NCBI RefSeq assembly: GCF_021246445.1
Contig: NZ_JAJQXW010000001.1
Coordinates: 186,001 to 250,000, forward strand
DNA: 64,000 nucleotides
DNA from: Rhabdothermincola salaria
GTDB lineage: Bacteria; Actinomycetota; Acidimicrobiia; Acidimicrobiales; Acidimicrobilacustridaceae
Direction of reading: 5' to 3'
In this document: positions 9,837 through 18,928 of the stretch, piece by piece
Layout: the number at the start of each line of letters is the position of its first letter
Numbering within the stretch: position 1 is the stretch's first letter
The notes under the pieces: model-generated
Told to the model about the DNA's origin: nothing
What the model saw: the letters and a program-made list of their open reading frames with translations, nothing else
Databases searched by the model: none
Translations under genes and position numbers: made by a program

Positions 9837-11198
9837 TCAGGCCGGCGCGGCAAGGGCGGCCCGGGCGGCGGCCTGGTCATCGAAGTAGCCGATCGCCCGC
9901 CCTTGGGCGAGGGCGTTGCCGAGGGTGGTCGCTTCGGCCGGGCCAGCCCGGACGGGGAGGCCGGTCCGCTCGGCGAGCTGGTCGAGGAGCACCTGGGCCC
10001 GGGTGGCGCCACCGATCACGAGGAGCTCGTCGATCGGGTCGAGGTCGTCGAGGACGGACACGGAGGCTGCCACTGCCTCGGCGAGGCTTTCCACGATGCA
10101 CCACACGATGGTGCGAGGATCGGCATCGGCGGGCAGCCCCGACCGTCGCCGGACCTCGGCGGGCATGTCGGACGGTGCCACGAACGCGGGATCGTGGACG
10201 TCCACGAGTGGCAGTGAGCCCGGTCGCGGCGGCAAATCGGTGAGCAGCTGAGCCACCGAGCTCACATCCCAGCGCCGTCGGCACTCCTCGAGCAGCCACA
10301 TGCCGGGGAGGTTGCCGAGGAGGCGGACCCCGCCCATGGCACCCGGCTCGTTGGAGAGGTTCCGCTCGAAGCACGCATCGTCGGTGCGCACCTGAGCCTG
10401 CTCTCGCCCCACCAGGAAGAGGGTTCCGGCCGAGAGGAAGGCGGCTGCGGGGGAGGGATCCGGGGCCATGGCCAACACCGCGCAGGCCGTGTCGTGGCCC
10501 GAGACGAGGTGCACCGGCACGCCCTCGTGGAACCCGACGCGCTCGCCGAAGGGATGGATCTCGGGGAACCAGCCCGGGTCGGCGTCGATCGCGGTGAGCA
10601 GCTCATCGCTCCAGGTTCCCGTGCGGTGGTCGACGAGGGCGGTGGTTCCGGCGGTGGTGCGTTCGGCGACCACGACGCCGCAGAGCTCGTGGAGGAGCAG
10701 CTCCGGGAGCATCAGGACGTGACGGGCCTGGGCCAGCTCACGCCGGTCGTGGGCCGCGAGCTGGAAGATCGTGTTGCCGGCCATGAGCTGGATGCCCGTG
10801 GTGTCGTAGAGCCGGCGCCGCCCGATGCGCTCCGCCACTTGTTCCCAACCGGTGAGTCGGTCGTCCCGGTACGAGTGGGGAGGGGCGACCAGGGCGCCCC
10901 GGCGGTCCAACAGGCCGTAGTCGAGACCCCACCCATCGACGCCGATCGAGGTGATGGGGCCGTGCTCCCTGGCCCGGGCCAGCCCGAGACGGACCTCCTC
11001 CACGAGCCGCGACCAGTCCCACCGCAGGGAGCCGTCCGAGTGGCGGATCGGCGCATGGGTGTGTCGGTGCACGAGGATGGCGTCGAGAGGTCGTCGGCTC
11101 AGGTCCACCACCGAGACACGGACGGAGGAAGCCCCGAGGTCGACGGCCGCGACCAGCAACGTCTCCAAGCTGCGGTGCGCAGCCCGGGGTCGGGTCAC
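9837..11198 (-). CDS. rhaB: Rhamnulokinase (FGGY family)
   Basis: AVDLGASS, GVDGWGLDYGLLD, YRDDR, GHDTACAV, GMWLLEECRR; directly downstream of rhamnose isomerase. Confidence 0.85.
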   Translation of the reverse strand: MTRPRAAHRSLETLLVAAVDLGASSVRVSVVDLSRRPLDAILVHRHTHAPIRHSDGSLRWDWSRLVEEVRLGLARAREHGPITSIGVDGWGLDYGLLDRRGALVAPPHSYRDDRLTGWEQVAERIGRRRLYDTTGIQLMAGNTIFQLAAHDRRELAQARHVLMLPELLLHELCGVVVAERTTAGTTALVDHRTGTWSDELLTAIDADPGWFPEIHPFGERVGFHEGVPVHLVSGHDTACAVLAMAPDPSPAAAFLSAGTLFLVGREQAQVRTDDACFERNLSNEPGAMGGVRLLGNLPGMWLLEECRRRWDVSSVAQLLTDLPPRPGSLPLVDVHDPAFVAPSDMPAEVRRRSGLPADADPRTIVWCIVESLAEAVAASVSVLDDLDPIDELLVIGGATRAQVLLDQLAERTGLPVRAGPAEATTLGNALAQGRAIGYFDDQAAARAALAAPA

Positions 11199-12487
11199 AG
11201 CCCGGTCGCCACCCGGTTGAAGCCTCGCTCCTGGGCCACCGCTCGCCGGTAGCCCAGTCGGCGGAAGGTCCGGATCGGGTCCATGGCCGCCCCGCCGAGC
11301 CGTCTGGCCTCGGCGACGAGCGGGCGGACATCCGTGCGGTAGGCCCGCTGCAGGATCTCCGCGGCGGCGACAGGGTCGTCGGCGTCCTGGGCCTCGGTGA
11401 GCGCACCACGGTCGACCAGGAGGGCCTGGGCCAGGCTCACCTGGATCTGGTCGGTCGCCTGGATGAGGTCCTCGATCGGGTCCTTCACGTTGTGGCTCTC
11501 GTCGATCATGTACGCCAGATCGGGCAGCGACCCTCCTCCGTGGAGGAGGAGCTCGAGCATGATCAGGAAGAGCTGGTACGGCTGGATCGACCCGACGGTG
11601 AGGTCGTCATCGCCGTACTTGGAGTCGTTGAAGTGGAACCCTCCGAGCCGGCCGGTCATCGCGAGGCGGCTCACCACCTGTTCCACGTTGCAGTTGGGCA
11701 GGTGGTGGCCCAGGTCCACCAGGCATCGGGCTCGGGAGCCGGCCGCTTGGGCCAGCAGGAGCGACGAGCCCCAGTCGGCGTTCACCGAGGAGTAGAAGGC
11801 CGGCTCGAACGGCTTGTGCTCGGTGTACAGGGTCCACTCCTCTGGGAGGGCGTCGTGGACCTGTCGCAGGCACGTCGCCACCCGGTCGAACTGGGTGCGG
11901 AAGTCCGCCTGGCCCGGATGGTTCGTCCCGTCACCCAGCCACACGGTCAGCCCGGTCGAGCCGAGCGCGTCGCCGAGGGCGATCACCTCGAGGTTGTGCT
12001 CGACGGCAGCGGCCCGCACCGACTCCGACGAGGCCGACATCGACCCGTACTTGTAGGTGATCGCGCCTTCCCGGGTGGTGGACGGATTGTCCTGGAAGGT
12101 GTTGGAGTTCATGGCATCGAAGCGCAGTCCGAGGCTGGCTGCGTGCTCGCGCAGGGCCACGGGTTCGGCGGGGCGGTCCCACGGGACGTGCAGGCTGATG
12201 CTGGCGTTGGCGCCGGTCAGGGCATGCAGCGCGGCCACGTCGTCGACCTTCTCCTCCACGGTGCGTGGCTCACCTGGGATCGGGAAGCGTCCGAACCGGG
12301 TGCTCCCCGTGCCCAGTGCCCAGGAAGGTGCCGCGACCGAGAAGCCCCTGAGGGCGGCGACCACGTCGTGGGCCGAGGCCCCCGAGCGGGCGACGACCTC
12401 GCTGGCGTGGTCGAGGTCGGCGTCGTGGTGGTCTCTCAGCCCCGCCTCAGCCTCGGCGATGCTCGCAGTCTCGATCCGGATGGCCAT
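11195..12487 (-). CDS. rhaI: L-rhamnose isomerase (RhaI type)
   Basis: PSWALGTGSTRF, HVPWD, NSNTFQD, EHKPFEPAFY, DLGHH, FHFNDSKYGDDDL. Confidence 0.92.
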   Translation of the reverse strand: MAIRIETASIAEAEAGLRDHHDADLDHASEVVARSGASAHDVVAALRGFSVAAPSWALGTGSTRFGRFPIPGEPRTVEEKVDDVAALHALTGANASISLHVPWDRPAEPVALREHAASLGLRFDAMNSNTFQDNPSTTREGAITYKYGSMSASSESVRAAAVEHNLEVIALGDALGSTGLTVWLGDGTNHPGQADFRTQFDRVATCLRQVHDALPEEWTLYTEHKPFEPAFYSSVNADWGSSLLLAQAAGSRARCLVDLGHHLPNCNVEQVVSRLAMTGRLGGFHFNDSKYGDDDLTVGSIQPYQLFLIMLELLLHGGGSLPDLAYMIDESHNVKDPIEDLIQATDQIQVSLAQALLVDRGALTEAQDADDPVAAAEILQRAYRTDVRPLVAEARRLGGAAMDPIRTFRRLGYRRAVAQERGFNRVATGL

Positions 12488-12625
12488 GGCGACGGACCTT
12501 TCGTGGGTGGTCGTGGACCGACCGACGGTCTCTCCGTGTCGCCGGCGGTCGACCCGATCGCCGGCGGCGTGCGTGACGCCACCCTATCCACCCAGCCGTC
12601 TTCGCGCCCGAGGATCGGTGAGTGA

Positions 12626-12736
12626 TCAGACGTGTCTGAACATCCGCATCCGAAGTCCAAGGGGTGTAAAAGTAAGGATTTCCGGCTTGCATGATGCCTC
12701 GTCACCGTACAGGATCTGAGGTATCGAACAAGTTCG
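12626..12736. promoter_or_regulatory. Divergent promoter region with two palindromic operator candidates
   Basis: AT-richer intergenic segment; TCAGAC-GT-GTCTGA at 12626-12639 and CGAAC-AA-GTTCG at 12725-12736. Confidence 0.5.
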
Positions 12737-12766
12737 CACACACTCTCACCATGGGAGCCCGGGCGG

Positions 12767-13408
12767 TTGAGCAACGGTGCCGAGAGCTCCTCTCGCCAGG
12801 TCCTCCTCGTCCGCCACGGAGAGACCGAGGACAACGTCCGGGGTCGCTTCCTCGGACGGGGAGACCCCCCGCTCAACGGGCGCGGGCGGTGCCAGGCGCG
12901 TCAGCTGGCGCCGGTGCTGGCCTCCTTCGCGCCCGAGGTGCTCGTGACCAGCCCGGCTCGCCGCGCCGCCGAGACCCTCGTCGAGGCCGCCGGTGGGCAC
13001 CACCCGGTGCTGGACGACGCCTTCCGGGAGGTCGACTTCGGTCGGTGGGAGGGCCGTACCCGCGACGAGGTCGCCGCGCTGGATCCCTCTGACCACGAAC
13101 GCTTCGCCAGCGGGGCGGTCTCCGGGTTCCCCGGGGGCGACCGGGTCGCCGACATCGCCGATCGAGCGGGCGGCGCCCTCGACCGGTACCCGGGCGACCG
13201 CCTGGTGATCGTCACCCACGCCACCACGATCAGGATCCTGGTCGCGTCGCTGCTGGGCATCCCGGTGGAGCACTACCGCCTCCGGCTGGCGCGGCCGGGC
13301 AACGGTTCCTGGTCCCGGCTGGAGCACGCCGCTGGCGGATGGCGCCTCGTCGCCTACGGCGTGGTGCCCGGCACCGGCCGGGACGCAGGAGAGGGGGGTG
13401 AGCCATGA
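12767..13408 (+). CDS. Histidine phosphatase family protein
   Basis: RHGET, REVDFGRWEG, VTH; start codon uncertain. Confidence 0.85.
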   Translation: MSNGAESSSRQVLLVRHGETEDNVRGRFLGRGDPPLNGRGRCQARQLAPVLASFAPEVLVTSPARRAAETLVEAAGGHHPVLDDAFREVDFGRWEGRTRDEVAALDPSDHERFASGAVSGFPGGDRVADIADRAGGALDRYPGDRLVIVTHATTIRILVASLLGIPVEHYRLRLARPGNGSWSRLEHAAGGWRLVAYGVVPGTGRDAGEGGEP

Positions 13409-14784
13409 CGAGCGCCGAGCCCCTCTACCTCGGTATCGACGTCGGGACCCAAGGCGTGCGCACCGTGGCGGTCGACGTGGCCGGACGGGTGTTGGCGCGA
13501 GGCCACCACCCGCTTGAGCCGGTCCCCGGCGCCGGTCCCCAGGAACAGGATCCGGAGACGTGGTGGCACGCGGTGGTGCAGGCCCTCGAGGCACTCGGTG
13601 GTGCCCGCCGCCGCGTCCGTGCCCTGGCCGTCGCCTGCACCTCGGGCACCGTGTGCGTCCTCGATGGCGACGGAGCCCCGGTCCGACCCGCCCTCCTGTA
13701 CTCGGACCCCAGAGCCGTTCCCACCCCGGGCGCCGACGCCAGTTGGGCGGTGTCGAAGCTGGCCTGGTTGGCGGCGGAGACTCCAGCGGTGCTCGAGGTC
13801 GCACGGGAGATCACCAGCCCGGGCGGGTACCTCGCCGGCCGGTTCCTCGGTCGATCGGCGCCGATCGACCAGACACAGGCCCTGAAGTTCGGGTTCGAGC
13901 CCGAGTCGTGGACGTGGGGTCTGATGCCCGTCGCCGCCGACCTCCTGCCCGACGTGGTCCCGACGGGCAGCTCACTCGGTTCGATCGATCCTGCCGTCGC
14001 CACGGCCACCGGTCTCGATCCCGACGTCGAGATCGTGGTCGGTCTCACCGATGGCGTGGCCGGGCAGTTGGCCTGCGGCGCCGGGCCCGGTCGCTGGGTG
14101 ACCGTGATCGGTTCGACGATGGTCTGGAAGACGGTGGCCGAGCACCCGGTGACGGCGATGGACCACGGTGTCTACAGCCATCGGGGACCGGGGTCCTGGT
14201 GGCTCCCGGGTGCCGCGGCCAACGCCGGCGCCCGGATCCTGTCGACGTGGGCCACCCCGGAGCAGCTCGACGACCTGGCGGCGAGCGTCAGGATCACGCC
14301 GTCCACCCCGGCTGCCTATCCGAGCGTCGTCGTCGGCGAGCGGTTCCCGTTCGCCGATCCGTGCTTCGAGCCCTTCGGGGTCGAGGCCGCCACCCCGGAC
14401 GACCGCTACGCGGCCGAGGTGCTCGGCGCCGCGTTCGTGGAGCGCTGGGGCTGCGAGCAACTGGTCGCCGACGGCTGTGCGCCGCCCTCGGCGATCGCCG
14501 CCGCCGGTGGGGCCGTCCGCTCCGAGGTGTGGACGCAACTGCGAGCAGACGTCCTCCAGCTGCCGCTCGACCTGCCGGTCGAGCCGAGCTCTGCCTTCGG
14601 TGCGGCGATCGTCGCGGCGGGTTCGGCCCATGGAGGAGTGGTCGGTGCGGTCGGCGAGATGGTCCGCCACCGCGCCCGCGTCGATCCCGATCCCAGGTGG
14701 GCCGACGCCTGGACGGTGGCGTACGAGCGATTCAGAGAACGATGCCACGAACGTCGAAGGAGCCTGCGTGAACGTCCGCGATGA
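13405..14784 (+). CDS. FGGY family carbohydrate kinase
   Basis: GIDVGTQG, EQDPETWW, TDGVAGQ, GERFPF, GGAVRS. Confidence 0.9.
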   Translation: MTSAEPLYLGIDVGTQGVRTVAVDVAGRVLARGHHPLEPVPGAGPQEQDPETWWHAVVQALEALGGARRRVRALAVACTSGTVCVLDGDGAPVRPALLYSDPRAVPTPGADASWAVSKLAWLAAETPAVLEVAREITSPGGYLAGRFLGRSAPIDQTQALKFGFEPESWTWGLMPVAADLLPDVVPTGSSLGSIDPAVATATGLDPDVEIVVGLTDGVAGQLACGAGPGRWVTVIGSTMVWKTVAEHPVTAMDHGVYSHRGPGSWWLPGAAANAGARILSTWATPEQLDDLAASVRITPSTPAAYPSVVVGERFPFADPCFEPFGVEAATPDDRYAAEVLGAAFVERWGCEQLVADGCAPPSAIAAAGGAVRSEVWTQLRADVLQLPLDLPVEPSSAFGAAIVAAGSAHGGVVGAVGEMVRHRARVDPDPRWADAWTVAYERFRERCHERRRSLRERPR

Positions 14785-15529
14785 GTTGGTCGAGATGTGT
14801 CGTCGCCTGGGCGAGGTGCCCCGCGACCTGGCCGTCCTGGCCGAGGGGAACGCCTCGGCACGGCTGGGTGCGGACGACTTCCTCGTCACCACGAGCGGCT
14901 CGCACCTGGCCACGCTGGCACCGACCGAACTCGTGACCGTCGACCTGGCCGGGGCACTGCAGGCCGCGAGGGCGCCCGGGACGCTGGCGACCCGCGAGGT
15001 CCTCGCCCGGGCCGTCGTGACCGATGCGGGCACCCACGGTGGTGCGCCGTCGATCGAAGCGGCGCTGCACGCGGTGGTCCTGGACCGGACCGGGGCGGGG
15101 TTCGTGGGCCACACCCACCCCACCACGATCGTGGGGCTGGCCTCCAGCACCGCGTTCGACGTGGCCTTCGAGGGCTCGGTCTTCCCTGACGAGGTGGTGG
15201 TGTGCGGGCCGGCCTACCTGGTCGTGCCCTACGCCTCCCCGGGCCCGGAGCTGGCCGGGAGGTTGGCGGCGTCGTTGGACGAGTACCGGGCCGCGTGGGA
15301 CGAGTGGCCGCGGGCGGTGGTGCTGGGCAACCACGGGCTGTTGGCGATCGGTGAGTCCACCGCAGAGGTGCTGGCCATCACCACGATGGCCGAGAAGGCG
15401 GCCCGCGTCCGTGCGGTCGCCCTCGCCGCCGGGGGGCTCAGAGCGCTGCCGCGGGACGAGGTCGAGGCGCTGCTCGGACGGACCGACGAGCAGCGCCGCC
15501 GTCGTCGACTGGTCGAGGGCGGCCGATGA
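14768..15529 (+). CDS. Class II aldolase/adducin family protein (rhamnulose-1-P aldolase candidate)
   Basis: EGNAS, PSIEAALH, HTHP, NHG Zn-binding motifs. Confidence 0.88.
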   Translation: MNVRDELVEMCRRLGEVPRDLAVLAEGNASARLGADDFLVTTSGSHLATLAPTELVTVDLAGALQAARAPGTLATREVLARAVVTDAGTHGGAPSIEAALHAVVLDRTGAGFVGHTHPTTIVGLASSTAFDVAFEGSVFPDEVVVCGPAYLVVPYASPGPELAGRLAASLDEYRAAWDEWPRAVVLGNHGLLAIGESTAEVLAITTMAEKAARVRAVALAAGGLRALPRDEVEALLGRTDEQRRRRRLVEGGR

Positions 15530-16299
15530 ACCCGCCGCGCCGGGCCCAGGCCGGTGGCCAGGCTCGGGAGTCCCGCCTCGCGTGGCTCCGCGCCCGACTC
15601 GACGCCGACGGATCGGTCTCCGTCGCCGACGCCAGCGCCAGCCTCGGTGCCAGCGCCATGACCATCCGGCGCGACCTCGGGACGCTCGAGGCGCTCGGGG
15701 AGGTGCGGCGGACCCGAGGCGGCGCCCAGGCGGTGGGTGGGGCGCTCTTCAAGAATCGATCACCTCGCAACACCCGCGCCAAGATCACCATCGCCGAGAA
15801 GCTGCTCGCCATGGTGCCCACGGTGGGGGCCATCGCCATCGACTCGTCGTCGACGATGGCCTACCTGGCCAACCTCCTGCCGGCCGCTCGCGACCTGTTG
15901 GTGGTGACCAACGGCCTGGAGGCCTTCGAGTCGCTCCAGGATCGTCCGGGTGTCCGTGCGGTGCTCACCGGCGGCGAGCGTGACCCCCGCACGGGGAGCC
16001 TCATCGGCTCGGCCGCCGCCGCCGTCGGTCGCTCCTATCGCTACGACGTGGCCTTCGTCTCCTCCGCGGCCGTCGATCCGGTGCACGGGGCGTGCGAGGT
16101 GACCCTCGAGGAGGCGGCGATGGTCCAGGCCTTCGCCGGGCAGGCGCGCCGGGTCGTGCTCGGCGCGGACGTGTCCAAACTCGAAGCATCGGCGGCGGTC
16201 ATCAGCCTGCGGTGGGGCGACATCGACACCGTCGTGACGGAACTGGGCCCCGACAGCGCTCGGGTGGCCCCGCTACGCGCCGTCACGGAGGTCCGATGA
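15526..16299 (+). CDS. DeoR/GlpR family transcriptional regulator
   Basis: SAMTIRRDL...RTRGGA HTH; DSSST, VVTNG. Confidence 0.92.
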   Translation: MNPPRRAQAGGQARESRLAWLRARLDADGSVSVADASASLGASAMTIRRDLGTLEALGEVRRTRGGAQAVGGALFKNRSPRNTRAKITIAEKLLAMVPTVGAIAIDSSSTMAYLANLLPAARDLLVVTNGLEAFESLQDRPGVRAVLTGGERDPRTGSLIGSAAAAVGRSYRYDVAFVSSAAVDPVHGACEVTLEEAAMVQAFAGQARRVVLGADVSKLEASAAVISLRWGDIDTVVTELGPDSARVAPLRAVTEVR

Positions 16300-16379
16300 G
16301 CACGTCGCCGAGCGCTCGGCGCCGCGACCCCGCCATCCGCCGCGCCCTCTGCCGTCCGTCCCTCGAGGAGAGCTCCTGA
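16296..16379 (+). CDS. Putative 27-aa bridging mini-ORF
   Basis: GGAGGT SD; ATGA overlap with DeoR stop and TGATG overlap with rhamnosidase start. Confidence 0.35.
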   Translation: MSTSPSARRRDPAIRRALCRPSLEESS

Positions 16380-18775
16380 TGCAGCCACGACACCCTGAAC
16401 CGTTCGCCGGACGCTGGCGGGCCAAGTGGATATGGGACGGCGCCCCGGCGCTGACGATGGAGACCGCGACGCGACCCGCCCTGGCCGACCCCACCGACAA
16501 GGTCGTGCTGTTCCGACGCGTCGTCGAGGTCGCCGCCGTCCCCGAATCCGTGCCCTGCCGGATCTGGGTCGACGGGCGCTACGTCCTGCGGGTGAACGGT
16601 AAGGAGGTGGCGCGAGGGCCGGTGCGGTCCGACCCCCGCCAAGCCCGCTACGACACCGTCGACCTGGCCCCCGAGCTGCGCGTCGGCGACAACGTGATCG
16701 GCATCACCGGCCGTCACTTCGGCCAGGCCACCTCCTGGTGGATGCCCGTACCACCGAGCTACTCCCTCGGGGCGGGCTCGCTGCTCTTCGAAGCCCTCCT
16801 CGGCGACGAGTGGATCGTCAGCGATCGCACGTGGCGTTGCCGGCGGGGCGAGGCGTGGACCCCCGTCCCGGTCCCCGGCGACGTCGCCTGCCTGCCGCTC
16901 GAGTCGTTCGACGCCCGGGAGCACCCCCACGGGTGGGAGTCGCCGTCCTTCGACGACTCCGACTGGTCCAAGGCCTGGGAGATCACGCCGATGCACACGG
17001 GCGCACACGGCGACCCGTCACCTCCGAGCGAGCCGTTCGGGATGCTGCGGCCGCCGGTGCGGCGATCCTTCCCGGTCGGCCGGCGAAACCCGGCCGAACT
17101 GGTGGGCCGACGGGCCCTCGCCGGTGAGACCGAGGTGCTCGACCCCGTCCGTCAGGTCCTCGACGACGAAGCGCGGGTCCGGGCGGGCGGCAGCGGCGAC
17201 CACGGTGACCTGCTCTCGTTCGACCTCGGGCACATCGCCGCCGGCACCGTGCACCTGGTGGTCACCGGCGCGGCCGAGGGGACGATCGTCGACGTCGCCG
17301 CCGCTGAGCACCTCGACGATGACGGGCTGTTGGTCCCGTTGGGGCAGCACGCGGGGTTCCGCTACGTCACGGCAGGCCGTTCCGAAGAGGTGTTCGACAC
17401 CCTCGACATCATCGGCACCCGGTACCTGCACGTGTCGGTCCGCCCCCCGAGCGGCGAGCCGGTGCCCGCCATCGGGCTCTCCGTGGACGACCTCCACCGG
17501 CCCCGCCCCGAGGGGGCGTCCTTCGAGTGCTCCGATGCGCTGCTCAACCGCATCTACGAGGTCGGGCTCCGTACCGTCGATCTCTGCGCGCTCGACGCCT
17601 ACGTGGACTGCCCCACCCGCGAACAGCGGGCGTGGACCGGCGACTCGGTGGTGCACCAGATGGTGGACCTCGTCGCCAACCCGGACTGGTCGATGGCGGC
17701 GTGGCATCCGCAGCTGGCATCGATGTCGCGCTCCGACGGCATGCTCGCCATGGCCGTGGCGTCGGACTTCGCGGCCGACGACCGCATGTTCGTGCCCGAC
17801 TGGTCCCTTCACTGGGTGCGATCCGTGCTCAACCTCCACCGCTACCTCGGCGACACCGAGCTCGTCGCCGACCTGTTGCCCGTCGCGGAGCGCACGCTCC
17901 GGTGGTTCGAGGGCTACCTCGACGACTCGGGCCTCCTGTCCGACGTGACCGGCTGGGTGCTGATCGACTGGGCCAGTGTGTACTCGTCGGGCTGCTCGTC
18001 CACGGTCAACGCGCTGTGGGCGCGGGCGCTCGAGGACTTCGCCGAGATGGCGCGTGCCCTCGGCAACGAGGCGTCGGCCCGATGGGCCATGTCCCGATGG
18101 GCCGGGGTGCGTGACGGGTTCGAGGTGTTCTGGGACGAGGCGAGGGGCGTGTACATCGACCACGTGGTCGACGGCGTGCCCCAGCGACCCGCCGCGCAGC
18201 ACGGGGGCGCGGCGGCGCTGGCGGCCGGCCTGGTGCCGGCGGAGCGGGTGGCGCGCGTGGTCGAGCGCCTCGTCGACCGTGAGCACCTGTTGCGCCACTC
18301 CTGGGTGATGGACCCGGTGACCCCGACCGGTGGGTCCACCGGCTACGTGCACCTGATGATGGGCTACCCGCCCCCGGAGTGGGATGCCGAGACGATGATG
18401 GTCGAGGCCGAGCCGTTCTTCCGCTACGTGGTGCACGAGGGACTCGCCCGAGCGGGACGTGCCGACCTCATCGCCGATCTCTGCCGTGACTGGAAGGTGT
18501 TCCTCGACGTCGGGGAGACGACCTGGCCCGAGTGCTGGACCGGGGGGACGCGGTGCCACGGCTGGTCGTCGACGCCCACATGGGACCTCGTCACCCACAC
18601 CCTGGGGGTGACGCCCGCCGAGCCCGGCTACGCGTCCGTTCGGGTGGCCCCCCGTCTGGGCGACCTCGCCTGGGCTCGTGGGGTCGTGCCGACACCGCAC
18701 GGGCCGATCACCGTCGAGGCCCACGCCGACGGGTCCGTCCACGTCGACAGCCCGGTGCCCGTCGTGCGGGCCTGA
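16379..18775 (+). CDS. Alpha-L-rhamnosidase (GH78)
   Basis: DCPTREQRAWTGD, LIDWA, TTWPECW...CHGWSS, VPTPHGPI. Confidence 0.9.
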   Translation: MQPRHPEPFAGRWRAKWIWDGAPALTMETATRPALADPTDKVVLFRRVVEVAAVPESVPCRIWVDGRYVLRVNGKEVARGPVRSDPRQARYDTVDLAPELRVGDNVIGITGRHFGQATSWWMPVPPSYSLGAGSLLFEALLGDEWIVSDRTWRCRRGEAWTPVPVPGDVACLPLESFDAREHPHGWESPSFDDSDWSKAWEITPMHTGAHGDPSPPSEPFGMLRPPVRRSFPVGRRNPAELVGRRALAGETEVLDPVRQVLDDEARVRAGGSGDHGDLLSFDLGHIAAGTVHLVVTGAAEGTIVDVAAAEHLDDDGLLVPLGQHAGFRYVTAGRSEEVFDTLDIIGTRYLHVSVRPPSGEPVPAIGLSVDDLHRPRPEGASFECSDALLNRIYEVGLRTVDLCALDAYVDCPTREQRAWTGDSVVHQMVDLVANPDWSMAAWHPQLASMSRSDGMLAMAVASDFAADDRMFVPDWSLHWVRSVLNLHRYLGDTELVADLLPVAERTLRWFEGYLDDSGLLSDVTGWVLIDWASVYSSGCSSTVNALWARALEDFAEMARALGNEASARWAMSRWAGVRDGFEVFWDEARGVYIDHVVDGVPQRPAAQHGGAAALAAGLVPAERVARVVERLVDREHLLRHSWVMDPVTPTGGSTGYVHLMMGYPPPEWDAETMMVEAEPFFRYVVHEGLARAGRADLIADLCRDWKVFLDVGETTWPECWTGGTRCHGWSSTPTWDLVTHTLGVTPAEPGYASVRVAPRLGDLAWARGVVPTPHGPITVEAHADGSVHVDSPVPVVRA

Positions 18776-18928
18776 GGACCCGCACGGGCCACCGGCCCAC
18801 GATCGCACAGGGAGGAGGAAGCGTCACCGCGCCGAGCGCGAGCAGACCCACCGACCGGCAGCTCCGGTCGATGGACCGTGTCACACACCGAGTTTTCGGC
18901 ATCGTCGAACGATGCCTCAGGGGGACAG

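Noticed and set aside
12725..12736. LexA box
   Set aside because: The spacer is 2 nt, not 4, and the context is a sugar operon
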